55,128 nucleotides of DNA from Candidatus Omnitrophota bacterium (GTDB lineage: Bacteria > Omnitrophota > Gorgyraeia > Gygaellales > Profunditerraquicolaceae), in NCBI GenBank assembly GCA_043812955.1, contig JBDRLN010000072.1, positions 1 to 55,128 on the forward strand. The letters are read 5' to 3'. Under the pieces are notes generated by a model. That model had not been told where the DNA came from and did not search any database. It saw nothing but the letters and a program-made list of their open reading frames with translations. How positions within the stretch are numbered: position 1 is the first letter of the stretch; the number at the start of each line of letters is the position of its first letter. Positions 34,361 to 43,274 of this stretch are shown here, in pieces. The translations under genes were made by a program, and so were the position numbers.

Positions 34361-36678
34361 CGATGACAGAGATTATCCCAAACAACAATTTTTTATTCGG
34401 CGGAATCCCACGCAGCGGGAAAAATAAGATTACGTTGATTGGCTTAGGGCTGGTTTTATTTTGCCTATTTATGGTTAATCCTTCAATAGCTAGTGAAAAG
34501 TCAGATAATACGGCAGCCGATAGTCCTGCCCAGGAAGCTCCGGTTAAAGCGAAAAAAGGAATGGATAAACCTATTATAGTCAATGGCGATATTGTGGAAT
34601 ATTCTTCCGATAACCAAGAGGTGACTGCCAAAGGCAAGGTAGATATAACTTATAAAGGGATGAAATTAAGCTGCGATCAGATAACTGTAAATACCCTGAC
34701 CAAAGATGGTTTAGCCGAGGGGAATGTAAGGGTAGACGAAGAAAAAGGGAGCGTCGAAGGTTCAAAGATGCTCTATAATTTCAATACTAAAAAGGGGACT
34801 ATCTATAATTCCACCTTCAGGTTTAATCCCTATTATGGCCGGATCAGGAAGCTTCTTAAATTAAGCGATGTAGAATATGTCGGCTTAAACGGCTATTTTA
34901 CCTCTTGTAGTTTTGACCGGCCGCATTACCGGATAAAATCAAAAAGGATAAATATATTCCCCGGCGATAAGATCCAAACCCGCAAAGATATTTTTTATGT
35001 GCATAACGTGCCTTTGGCCTATCTGCCCCGGTATAACCAAAATCTGAAGGAGCCGTTGATGCATGTTCAGGTAGTTCCCGGCCACGGCAAAAAAGAGGGT
35101 TATTTTCTGCTCAGCGCCTGGAGGTATCAATTTAGTGATAATTTCAGCGGTAGGATTTACGCGGATTACCGGCAGAAGTGGGGGAATGCCCAAGGGTTTG
35201 GGGCAAATTACAAGACCCAGGATTTCGGTAAAGGTGATTTTAAATTTTACTACTCCCGGGAGAATGACCAAAATCTCTCTGAAAAAGAATATCCGGCCAG
35301 GAAATTCGAAAGATATTTTATCCGTAACCGGCATTATTGGACTATTGATGACCGGACAAATTTTATCTCCGAATATTATAAGATAGTTGATTCTAAGCGG
35401 GCAGTCCTGCTCAGGAATCCCGCGGATAATGTGCTTAAAGATTATTTCCCCCGCGAGTATGAGAAAGACACTCAGCCATTGTCTTACGCCCTGATGCACC
35501 ACAATTTTAATTTTTCCAGCCTGGATATATTGATGCAAAAGAGGATTAACCGCTGGTATACCCAGGAGGAAAAGCTTCCTGAGATAAAATACTCACTGCC
35601 CAGCCGCCAGATCGGCGACAGCCGGTTTTATTTCCAGGATGACAGCTCTTTCTTGAGTTATAATAATAAAAATGCCGTGCCCTCGGATTCCTGGAATGAC
35701 ACCTACTATAATAAACTGTCTACCACTAATAGGTTTTCCCTGCCTTCCCGGGTAGCAATTTTTGCCTTTACCCCTTTTATTTCCGAGCAGCTAGCTTTTA
35801 ATGATAAGGGCACCTACGGCAGTACTTATGAGACTATGTTTTCCACCGGCGCTGATGTCAGCACTAAATTTTATCGGGTATTTGACGTTAATACCAACCT
35901 GTGGAATTTGAATATTAACGGTTTAAGACATATTATTACTCCTACTGCCAGTTATGCCCATAATCACGGTTCAACTATGCCGACCGGTAACCTCAAAATC
36001 GGAGGTAAAGGCGATACCGACAGTTCGTCCATTGCTCTGGGATTATCCAATAGGCTGCAGACCAGAAGGACCAGTGCCGATAAAAAAATTGTCAGCATCC
36101 AAAGCGTAGATATCGCTACTCTTAATATTAACAGTAATTATCTGCTTCATCCGGAGTCAGCAACTACCACTAAGAGAGGGAGTAATTTTTCCGACGTAAT
36201 TTTTGATTTGGAGCTTCGGCCTTATTCCTGGTTAAACCTGGACGCTGATTCTACCTATTACCGTTCTGACCGGGCCAGCGAGAATTATAATAAGTTGTCA
36301 ATATTCAATTACGATATTGGTTTTAATCTGGCTAGTGAAAGGACCATAAGTTTTGGCCAGCGTTATAACCGTAAAGGAAGTAATGAATTTACTTCAGGCG
36401 CGGAATGGCGGCTTAATCCAAAGTGGAAACTTAAGGTTTATGAAAGATATCAGTTCTATGATTCAGCGCCATATGAGAGGAAGGCTGGCTTAAGGGAACA
36501 GGAATATACTATATCCCGGGATTTGCACTGCTGGATCTTTGAGTTTACCTATAATGTAAAGGTCGGCGAAGGCGCGACTGTCTGGTTTGTTTTTAAATTA
36601 AAGGCCTTCCCGGAAATGGGGATAAATTTTGACCAGAGCTATAATAGGCCTAAAGCCGGGTCCCAATCTACTTATTAG
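34357..36678 (+). CDS. lptD: LPS-assembly outer-membrane protein LptD (OstA family)
   Basis: N-terminal OstA-like beta-jellyroll segment ([25 protein letters not shown]..) followed by a large beta-barrel with Y/F-rich strands and a terminal aromatic residue. Confidence 0.7.
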   Translation: MTMTEIIPNNNFLFGGIPRSGKNKITLIGLGLVLFCLFMVNPSIASEKSDNTAADSPAQEAPVKAKKGMDKPIIVNGDIVEYSSDNQEVTAKGKVDITYKGMKLSCDQITVNTLTKDGLAEGNVRVDEEKGSVEGSKMLYNFNTKKGTIYNSTFRFNPYYGRIRKLLKLSDVEYVGLNGYFTSCSFDRPHYRIKSKRINIFPGDKIQTRKDIFYVHNVPLAYLPRYNQNLKEPLMHVQVVPGHGKKEGYFLLSAWRYQFSDNFSGRIYADYRQKWGNAQGFGANYKTQDFGKGDFKFYYSRENDQNLSEKEYPARKFERYFIRNRHYWTIDDRTNFISEYYKIVDSKRAVLLRNPADNVLKDYFPREYEKDTQPLSYALMHHNFNFSSLDILMQKRINRWYTQEEKLPEIKYSLPSRQIGDSRFYFQDDSSFLSYNNKNAVPSDSWNDTYYNKLSTTNRFSLPSRVAIFAFTPFISEQLAFNDKGTYGSTYETMFSTGADVSTKFYRVFDVNTNLWNLNINGLRHIITPTASYAHNHGSTMPTGNLKIGGKGDTDSSSIALGLSNRLQTRRTSADKKIVSIQSVDIATLNINSNYLLHPESATTTKRGSNFSDVIFDLELRPYSWLNLDADSTYYRSDRASENYNKLSIFNYDIGFNLASERTISFGQRYNRKGSNEFTSGAEWRLNPKWKLKVYERYQFYDSAPYERKAGLREQEYTISRDLHCWIFEFTYNVKVGEGATVWFVFKLKAFPEMGINFDQSYNRPKAGSQSTY

Positions 36679-36694
36679 AAGTTATTTTTTAAAT

Positions 36695-39433
36695 ATGAGC
36701 GAATTTAGCGGTAATTTCAGGAAGATGATCCAGCTAAAAAAACTTAAAATCGCGGTAGTGGGTTTAGGCTATGTAGGATTACCCTTAGCGGTAGAATTTG
36801 CCAAAAAGGGCTTTTCAGTCCTAGGTATAGATGTGGATAAAGATAGGATAGCCAGGATCTCTAGGAAAGAGTCCTATATTACTGATGTAGCGACTAAGGA
36901 ATTACGCCAGATTATCCAAAGCGGAAGATTCCGGGCTGAATCCGGGTTTCGTTCTTTAAAAGATATTGATGTTATACTTATTTGTGTGCCTACGCCTTTA
37001 AAAAGGAAGAACCATCCGAACATATCTTATATCAAGAGCGCGGTCAAAGGTATATCCGGATACCTTAAAAAGAATTGCTTAGTTATTTTAGAGAGCACAA
37101 CTTATCCCGGGACTACCGAGGAAGTTATTCTCCCACTTTTAGAGGTAAACGGCCGTAAACACGGCCAGGATTTTTATCTTTGTTTTTCTCCGGAGAGAAT
37201 TGACCCGGGTAATCTTAAATATCCGGTAAATAAAATCCCTAAGGTAATCGGCGGCATTACCTCCGAGGCCACGAGTTTGGGGGTTTTAGTTTATAAGTCG
37301 ATCGTGAATCAGGTGGTCTCGGTTTCATCCCCTCGGGTAGCGGAGACGGTTAAATTACTGGAAAATACCTTTCGCTTGATTAATATCGGCTTGATCGATG
37401 AGCTGGCGATGATGGCCAATAAGATGAATATTGATATCTGGGAGGTGGTTGAGGCGGCCAAAACTAAGCCTTTTGGCTTTATGCCTTTTTATCCCGGCCC
37501 TGGCGTGGGCGGGCATTGCCTTGATAAAAATGAAATTATCTATGCTAAGGAAGGCAGCTCATTAAAAGTTTTTAAAATGCCTGATTTTATAAAGCATATT
37601 GAAAAAACGAAAGATAATGTAGAAGTATTATCTTTTGATCCGATAAAAAGAAGGAGCGTTTTTAAACCGGTAACTGCGGCTTCCGCGAGGCCTTTCAATG
37701 GACAGATGGTTGATATAACTACTGAAGATGGGAGGCATCTTAAAGTAACTGATTTACACCCTATGTTTGTGTATAACAATAATAAATGGGGGCTTAAATA
37801 CGCTAAAGATCTTAAGCCTCGTGACTGCTTACCGATTTCTTTAGAGTTACCCCGGTTTACTCAAATTAGCGCAAGAGATCAAGAGATCGATATATTAGAA
37901 AATATCCAATTAAAAGGCACCCATCTTATTGATAAAATAAGAGTTAAAACTAAGGGATTTTCGTGGAGACAGTATGCGAATGAAATTAAAACGATTTTAC
38001 GTCAGGAAAACCATAATAAAATACCGGATATTTGCTGGGATTATTTGTCCGACGATATATTGCCTTTAAAGTATTTTTATAAATTGGATAAATTAGTTAC
38101 AATCAGCCGCGATAATCTTAAGCTGGTAACCGGCAGGGGCCCGGGTTATAGTGAAATCCCGGCTAAGATTTGCCTAGATAGTGATTTTTGCCGTTTAATC
38201 GGTTATTATCTAAGTGAAGGTTGTCATACTAAAGATAAGTCCTCCAGGATCAGGTTTACTTTTAACCGTTCCGAAAAAGAATACATTAAAGATGTAGTCA
38301 ATATCTTAAGTAAGCTGGGAATTCGGACTTCCATATATGAATCTAAGATATGGAAAGCTTCTTGTATAAAAGTATCTTCGGATATTTTTGGATTTGTAAT
38401 CGCGGACATTTTGGAATGTGGGAAGAATTCTAAGGAAATGAAAATTCCGGGGGTAATCTTTGCCCTGGATAAGGAAAATAAAAAGTCTCTAATCGCGGGA
38501 ATATTCCGTGGTGACGCCTGCGTTGAGCATTTCTTCGGTAAATGGCGTTATAGAAAAAATGAACATGAATATTTTCATAATGTCAATACCGCCCACATTA
38601 GTTTTTTTACTTCAAGCAGGAAGTTATTCCAGCAGTTAATTGTGTTGTTAAATGATTTAAGTATAGTTGCTACGTTTAAAAAACGGAAATACACCATTTC
38701 AATTTTTGGATATAAACAGCTAGAGTTTTTTAAGGGTTTTTTTGATGGAGCAAAGAAGGATATTCTGGAAAGATACCTGGCATTAAATAAAAATAGGCCC
38801 AGAAATAAGACTTTTAAGAAAATCGGCAAGTTTGCCGTGGTAAGGGTAAAAGACATTTCTTTTTCGAGGGGAGATTGGGTTTATTCAATCGAAACTCAAA
38901 AACCTCATAGCTTTGTTACTTCTTTTGGTATTGCTGTTCACAATTGCATTCCCAAAGACCCGTTATATTTATATTGGAAAGCTAAGAAATTCGGGTTTAA
39001 GTCCAGTTTTATCAAGCTGGCCTCTGGGGTCATCCGGCATATGCCTTTTTATGTAGTAAAGAGAGTTAGAGAGATACTTAGGCAACAGGGGTTAAAATTA
39101 AACCAGGCCAAGGTTCTGGTGGTCGGGGTTACCTATAAAAAGGATATATTGGATTTAAGACAATCGCCTTCTTTGGATATTATTGAGATTTTAAGAAAAG
39201 AGGCGGGTGAGGTCTCTTATTATGATCCTTTAATACCTTATCTGAAATTGAAAGATATAGATCTGGAATCGGTAGATTTAGGCGCTGGTAAGTTAAATTA
39301 TTTTGACTGTGTAATTATCGCGACTGATCATACCAAGGTTGATTACGGACTGATTTTAAAAAACGCCCGGGCTATTTTTGACAGCCGTAATATTTATCGG
39401 GGGATAGAAAACAAGAAGATCCATAGATTGTAA
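36695..39433 (+). CDS. nucleotide-sugar dehydrogenase (UDP-GlcNAc/ManNAc 6-dehydrogenase, TviB/WecC-like) interrupted by an intein
   Basis: Rossmann motif KIAVVGLGYVGLPLA, plus ESTTYPGTTEE and PERIDPG. The active-site motif PGPGVGGH|C..IPKDP is split by a 476-aa insert. The exteins total 436 aa. The start could alternatively be 36725 or 36629. Confidence 0.85.
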   Translation: MSEFSGNFRKMIQLKKLKIAVVGLGYVGLPLAVEFAKKGFSVLGIDVDKDRIARISRKESYITDVATKELRQIIQSGRFRAESGFRSLKDIDVILICVPTPLKRKNHPNISYIKSAVKGISGYLKKNCLVILESTTYPGTTEEVILPLLEVNGRKHGQDFYLCFSPERIDPGNLKYPVNKIPKVIGGITSEATSLGVLVYKSIVNQVVSVSSPRVAETVKLLENTFRLINIGLIDELAMMANKMNIDIWEVVEAAKTKPFGFMPFYPGPGVGGHCLDKNEIIYAKEGSSLKVFKMPDFIKHIEKTKDNVEVLSFDPIKRRSVFKPVTAASARPFNGQMVDITTEDGRHLKVTDLHPMFVYNNNKWGLKYAKDLKPRDCLPISLELPRFTQISARDQEIDILENIQLKGTHLIDKIRVKTKGFSWRQYANEIKTILRQENHNKIPDICWDYLSDDILPLKYFYKLDKLVTISRDNLKLVTGRGPGYSEIPAKICLDSDFCRLIGYYLSEGCHTKDKSSRIRFTFNRSEKEYIKDVVNILSKLGIRTSIYESKIWKASCIKVSSDIFGFVIADILECGKNSKEMKIPGVIFALDKENKKSLIAGIFRGDACVEHFFGKWRYRKNEHEYFHNVNTAHISFFTSSRKLFQQLIVLLNDLSIVATFKKRKYTISIFGYKQLEFFKGFFDGAKKDILERYLALNKNRPRNKTFKKIGKFAVVRVKDISFSRGDWVYSIETQKPHSFVTSFGIAVHNCIPKDPLYLYWKAKKFGFKSSFIKLASGVIRHMPFYVVKRVREILRQQGLKLNQAKVLVVGVTYKKDILDLRQSPSLDIIEILRKEAGEVSYYDPLIPYLKLKDIDLESVDLGAGKLNYFDCVIIATDHTKVDYGLILKNARAIFDSRNIYRGIENKKIHRL
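37517..38944 (+). mobile_element. intein with LAGLIDADG homing-endonuclease domain (476 aa)
   Basis: It begins with Cys1 (CLDKNEIIY) and has block B TDLHPMF. The LAGLIDADG-like motifs are LIGYYLSEG and LIAGIFRGDA. It ends ..GIAVHN and is followed by the +1 Cys of CIPKDP. Confidence 0.85.
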
Positions 39434-39441
39434 GGAAAAAT

Positions 39442-39855
39442 ATGAAAAATAAAAAAGGCCTCAGTTTTGTGATTATAATGATAATTATTGCCATAGTGGC
39501 CTTGCTTTTAAGGATCGCTATCGTGCAAATAGTCAAAATTACTATTATTCATAATGAATCCAACGCTCAATCAACCCTAAAGTCTATTTCAACTGCCCTG
39601 GAAAATTACGCCAAGAATAATAAGAACGCCTATCCGGATAAGTTTTCTTATTTATTCGATACTAGTCCGGCATATCTGAATAGAGATTACACTGCGCTAA
39701 ATTCATTTAAGGGTTATATCTATAGTTGCCCGCGCCTGGAGTCTATGGGCTATACCTGTTCAGCTATTCCTTTAAAATGTAAATTAACCGGCCTGACCAG
39801 TTTTACTATTACTACCGGAGGGGCGCTGGTTAAGGAATCGTGCGCTAAAAAATAA
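39442..39855 (+). CDS. type IV pilin/pseudopilin-like protein with degenerate N-terminal motif
   Basis: MKNKKG|LSFVIIMIIIAIVALLL followed by ..SNAQSTLKSISTALENY, a pilin-like N-terminal helix. It lacks the canonical F+1 and E+5 residues. Confidence 0.5.
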   Translation: MKNKKGLSFVIIMIIIAIVALLLRIAIVQIVKITIIHNESNAQSTLKSISTALENYAKNNKNAYPDKFSYLFDTSPAYLNRDYTALNSFKGYIYSCPRLESMGYTCSAIPLKCKLTGLTSFTITTGGALVKESCAKK

Positions 39856-39856
39856 T

Positions 39857-40156
39857 ATGGTAAAGATGAATTTTACTTTTACTAAAACCGGGGCAATGCG
39901 TTTTATCTCTCATCTGGATTTAATGCGTTTATTTACCCGGGCTCTGCGCCGCGCGGATTTACCGGTTAAGATAACTGAGGGTTTTAACCCCCACCCTAAG
40001 GTTAGCCTTAAAAAAGCTCTAAAGTTAGGAGTAGAAAGCGAAAATGAAGAAGCAGTGATTACTCTGAAAGAATTTATTAACCCTAAGGAATTTCAGCAGA
40101 AGCTGGAACAACAGCTTCCTGAAGGGATTACAATTAAGAAAGCAGGTATATTTTAA
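39857..40156 (+). CDS. DUF2344 (TIGR03936-like) protein, short form
   Basis: Motifs RFISHLDLMRLFTRALRRADLP and GFNPHPK. It lies directly upstream of rng. Confidence 0.7.
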   Translation: MVKMNFTFTKTGAMRFISHLDLMRLFTRALRRADLPVKITEGFNPHPKVSLKKALKLGVESENEEAVITLKEFINPKEFQQKLEQQLPEGITIKKAGIF

Positions 40157-40157
40157 A

Positions 40158-41600
40158 ATGGCAAGAGAAATATTAATTAACGTGGATCCGCAGGAAAAAA
40201 GAGTGGCAATCGTTAATGACGGGAAATTGGATGAGTTTTATATTGAGCGTCCCCAGGATAAGACTATCGTCGGCAATATTTATAAGGGAAAAATCGAGGC
40301 TATTCTCCAGTCTATCGGCGGCGCCTTTGTAGATATAGGCCTGGCCAAAAACGGTTTCCTTTATCTGTCTGAGATAGAGAACGCCTTTGAGTCGTTAGAT
40401 GCCCCTAAATCTAAGCCCAGGGAAGTTAAGAAAGGGGAAGAGGTATTGGTCCAGGTAGTAAAAGAGTCATTTGGGACCAAAGGGCCGCGCCTCTCTTCTG
40501 AGATCGGAATAGCCGGCAGGTATCTGGTGCTTATGCCTCAGAATGCCAAACCGGGAATATCCCGCAGGATTGAAGATGACGCGGAGAGAAGACGCCTTAG
40601 GCAGGTATTATCCGAACTTAAGTTTCCCCAGGATATAGGTTTTATTGTTCGCACGGCGGCCTGCGGAAAATCCAAACAGGAATTATGGAGGGATGCTTCC
40701 TTTTTGATTAAAATCTGGAGAAGGCTGGAAAAAATAGCTAAAAGGCAAAAAGCCCCCAGTCTGGTTTATGATGAGTATGATTTGGTTTTAAGAGTGGTCA
40801 GGGATTCTTTTAGTGAAGATGTTACCAAGTTGATCGTTGACTCAAAAGCCGATTATTACCGGATCGTGCGCTTTATCCAGACTTTTCTGCGTCATCTTTC
40901 TCGGAAAGTGGAATTTTACCGTGGCGATGACCTGTTTGAGGATAAAGATGTTGAGAGACAGATCCTTAGAATTTTTGAGAACAAAGTTTATCTTAAATCC
41001 AAAGCCTATATTATTATTGAGCCTACCGAAGGTTTAGTGGTTATTGATGTAAACAGCGGAGGTTTTAAAAAGAACCTGGGCCAGGAAGATATGGCTTTTA
41101 AAGTTAATTGCGAGGCAGCGGTGGAAGTGGCTCATCAGTTAAGATTGCGCGATTTAGGCGGGATAATTGTTATTGATTTTATCGATATGGAGAAGGAGAG
41201 GCACCGCCGCGGAGTGCTGGATACTTTAAAAACTGCCTTAAGCACTGACCGGGCTAAGTATGATATATTAGGTATTTCTAAATTCGGCGTAGTAGAAATG
41301 ACCCGGGAGCGTATCCACAATACTGTGGCTAGCCTATCTTATCAGACCTGCCCATATTGCCAGGGAAGGGCCAGGGTTAAGTCTGCGGTTACCATGTCTA
41401 TCTATGCCTTGAAGGAATTAAAGCGTTTCTTAAAAGTTAAACCTCAGAGAGAGGTAAATCTGGCTTTAAATCCGGCGATAATCGCTGAAATTTCCAAGGA
41501 TAATCAAAGCGCCTTGCGTTTAGTTGAACGCAGGTTCCGCACCCGGGTTAATCTGGTTCCTAATCCCACTTTACACCTCGAAGACGTCAACATCTCCTAA
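40158..41600 (+). CDS. rng: ribonuclease G/E family (Rng/CafA)
   Basis: N-terminal S1 domain (GNIYKGKIEAI..GGAFVDIG), catalytic core VIDVNSG and IIVIDFIDM, and a Zn-link CPYCQG. Confidence 0.9.
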   Translation: MAREILINVDPQEKRVAIVNDGKLDEFYIERPQDKTIVGNIYKGKIEAILQSIGGAFVDIGLAKNGFLYLSEIENAFESLDAPKSKPREVKKGEEVLVQVVKESFGTKGPRLSSEIGIAGRYLVLMPQNAKPGISRRIEDDAERRRLRQVLSELKFPQDIGFIVRTAACGKSKQELWRDASFLIKIWRRLEKIAKRQKAPSLVYDEYDLVLRVVRDSFSEDVTKLIVDSKADYYRIVRFIQTFLRHLSRKVEFYRGDDLFEDKDVERQILRIFENKVYLKSKAYIIIEPTEGLVVIDVNSGGFKKNLGQEDMAFKVNCEAAVEVAHQLRLRDLGGIIVIDFIDMEKERHRRGVLDTLKTALSTDRAKYDILGISKFGVVEMTRERIHNTVASLSYQTCPYCQGRARVKSAVTMSIYALKELKRFLKVKPQREVNLALNPAIIAEISKDNQSALRLVERRFRTRVNLVPNPTLHLEDVNIS

Positions 41601-41604
41601 ATTC

Positions 41605-41679
41605 GGGGACGGTTCTGAATTCGTTCTTAAAGTGTCCCCTAAAAGGGGACACTTTAGCTTTGTTTTCAGAACCGTCCCC
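41605..41679. repeat. 75-nt nested-palindrome element, family 2, copy A
   Basis: GGGGACGGTTCTGAA..TAAAGTGTCCCC-TAAAA-GGGGACACTTTA..TTCAGAACCGTCCCC. It starts 4 nt after the rng stop. Confidence 0.95.
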
Positions 41680-41697
41680 AATTGATTAAAATAATAC

Positions 41698-41726
41698 TTG
41701 ACAAATGATACTGGAATGGTATCATT
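41698..41726 (+). promoter_or_regulatory. putative hcp promoter (TTGACA-N16-TATCAT) overlapped by 23-bp palindromic operator AATGATAC-N7-GTATCATT
   Basis: TTGACA at 41698-41703. The perfect 8-bp inverted arms at 41704-41711 and 41719-41726 cover the spacer and the -10. Confidence 0.5.
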
Positions 41727-41845
41727 AATCAATTAACAATTAACTATCCAGCTCTTATGGCGTGATTCGATGAAGCGATTACAAAAGAGCTGGATTCGCT
41801 AAATGCGCCAAAAGACGGCGCGTATTTGTGTTCAAGGAGGTGGGT

Positions 41846-43147
41846 ATGTTTTGTTATCAGTGCGAACAGACTGCAGGCGGTAGTGGTTGTGTTAAGTCAG
41901 GGGTATGCGGAAAGAATGAGGATATCCAAAGTCTTCAGGATATTTTGCTTTTTGGATTAAAAGGAATTGCGGCTTACGCTTTTCATGCCCGGGAATTAGG
42001 GGCTAAAGACGAAGAAGTAGACGCTTTTATGCATAAAGCATTATTTAAGACTGTAACCAATGTCAGCTTTGACCTTGGCCAGTATTTAGACCTAGTTTTG
42101 GAATGTGGGAAGATTAATCTCAAGGTTATGGAGCTTTTGGATAAAGCGCATACCCAGCGTTTTGGCAATCCTACGCCCGTAGAAGTTGATACCGGGACAA
42201 GAATTGGCCCCGGGATTGTGATTACCGGGCATGATTTACTAGATCTGTATGAATTATTAGTTCAAACTGAAGGAACCGGCGTAAATATTTATACTCATAG
42301 CGAAATGTTGCCGGCGCATAGTTATCCCCAACTGCGAAAATTTAAGCATTTAGTCGGTAATTACGGAAATGCCTGGCAGGAGCAGAAGAAAGAATTTAAC
42401 GCTTTTCCGGGAGCTATTTTGGCAACTACTAATTGCGTGCTAACTCCGCCTGAAAATAGTTATCTGGATAGGTTATTTACCGTTGGGATTACGGGAATAG
42501 CCGGATCAACCCATATAAAAAATAGGGATTTTACCTCTCTGATTAATAAAGCCAAATCGCTTCCAGCGTTACCGGAAGCTCCGGGTAAAAAAATCATCAC
42601 TGGTTTTCACCATACTGCTATTTTAGGTATTGCCGACAAGATTGTTTCTGCGGTCAAATCCGGGAAAATTAAGCATTTCTTTTTAGTCGGCGGTTGCGAC
42701 GGCGCTAAGCCGGGGAGAAACTATTATACTGAATTTGCCGAGAGAGCTCCTAAGGATTGTGTAATTCTTACCCTGGCCTGTGGAAAGTACCGTTTCAATA
42801 AAATGGATTTTGGGGCCATAGATGGAATTCCGCGTTTAATTGATATCGGCCAGTGTAATAACGCCTATTCCGCTATACAAGTAGCTCTAGCTTTAGCCAA
42901 GGTATTTAATTGCGGAGTTAATCAGCTTCCTCTGTCGTTTGTGCTATCCTGGTTTGAGCAAAAAGCCGTGGCTATCTTGCTCACCCTTCTATATCTGGAT
43001 ATTAAGAATATAAGATTAGGGCCCAGCCTGCCGGCTTTTATCAGTCCGGGAGTGTTGAATGTATTAGTAGATAAATTCAAGATCAAGCCCATAACTACTC
43101 CGGAGCAGGATCTGCGGGATATGTTAAGCGCTAAAGAACACTCCTAA
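41846..43147 (+). CDS. hcp: hybrid cluster protein / hydroxylamine reductase (short class)
   Basis: Canonical N-terminus MFCYQCEQT..GC..GVCGK. AGGAGG RBS precedes the ATG at 41846. The ORF-track GTG start at 41828 was rejected. Confidence 0.9.
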   Translation: MFCYQCEQTAGGSGCVKSGVCGKNEDIQSLQDILLFGLKGIAAYAFHARELGAKDEEVDAFMHKALFKTVTNVSFDLGQYLDLVLECGKINLKVMELLDKAHTQRFGNPTPVEVDTGTRIGPGIVITGHDLLDLYELLVQTEGTGVNIYTHSEMLPAHSYPQLRKFKHLVGNYGNAWQEQKKEFNAFPGAILATTNCVLTPPENSYLDRLFTVGITGIAGSTHIKNRDFTSLINKAKSLPALPEAPGKKIITGFHHTAILGIADKIVSAVKSGKIKHFFLVGGCDGAKPGRNYYTEFAERAPKDCVILTLACGKYRFNKMDFGAIDGIPRLIDIGQCNNAYSAIQVALALAKVFNCGVNQLPLSFVLSWFEQKAVAILLTLLYLDIKNIRLGPSLPAFISPGVLNVLVDKFKIKPITTPEQDLRDMLSAKEHS

Positions 43148-43154
43148 GAAACTC

Positions 43155-43228
43155 GGGGACGGTTCTGAATTCGTTCTTAAAGTGTCCCCTAAAAGGGGAC
43201 ACTTTAGCTTTGTTTTCAGAACCGTCCC
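43155..43228. repeat. 75-nt nested-palindrome element, family 2, copy B (identical to copy A over 74 nt, same orientation)
   Basis: Direct base-by-base comparison with 41605-41678. It starts 7 nt after the hcp stop. Confidence 0.95.
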
Positions 43229-43240
43229 GGAATTATTTAG

Positions 43241-43268
43241 TTGAGACGGGATAAAAAACGGCTATAAT
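43241..43268 (+). promoter_or_regulatory. putative promoter TTGAGA-N16-TATAAT
   Basis: TTGAGA at 43241-43246 and TATAAT at 43263-43268, just upstream of the GT2 gene. Confidence 0.5.
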
Positions 43269-43274
43269 AAAAGA

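Noticed and set aside
34939-35538. 199-aa ORF on the minus strand
   Set aside because: It is antisense to lptD and has no motifs. It is a shadow ORF.
36629-36694. Upstream extension of the sugar dehydrogenase ORF (ORF-track start 36629)
   Set aside because: It would overlap lptD by 50 nt and add a non-conserved peptide before the Rossmann fold. The ATG at 36695 (or 36725) is more plausible, but this cannot be settled without homologue alignment.
41828-41845. GTG-initiated 6-codon extension of hcp
   Set aside because: Hcp proteins canonically begin MFCYQCEQT, and an AGGAGG SD sits correctly spaced before the ATG at 41846.
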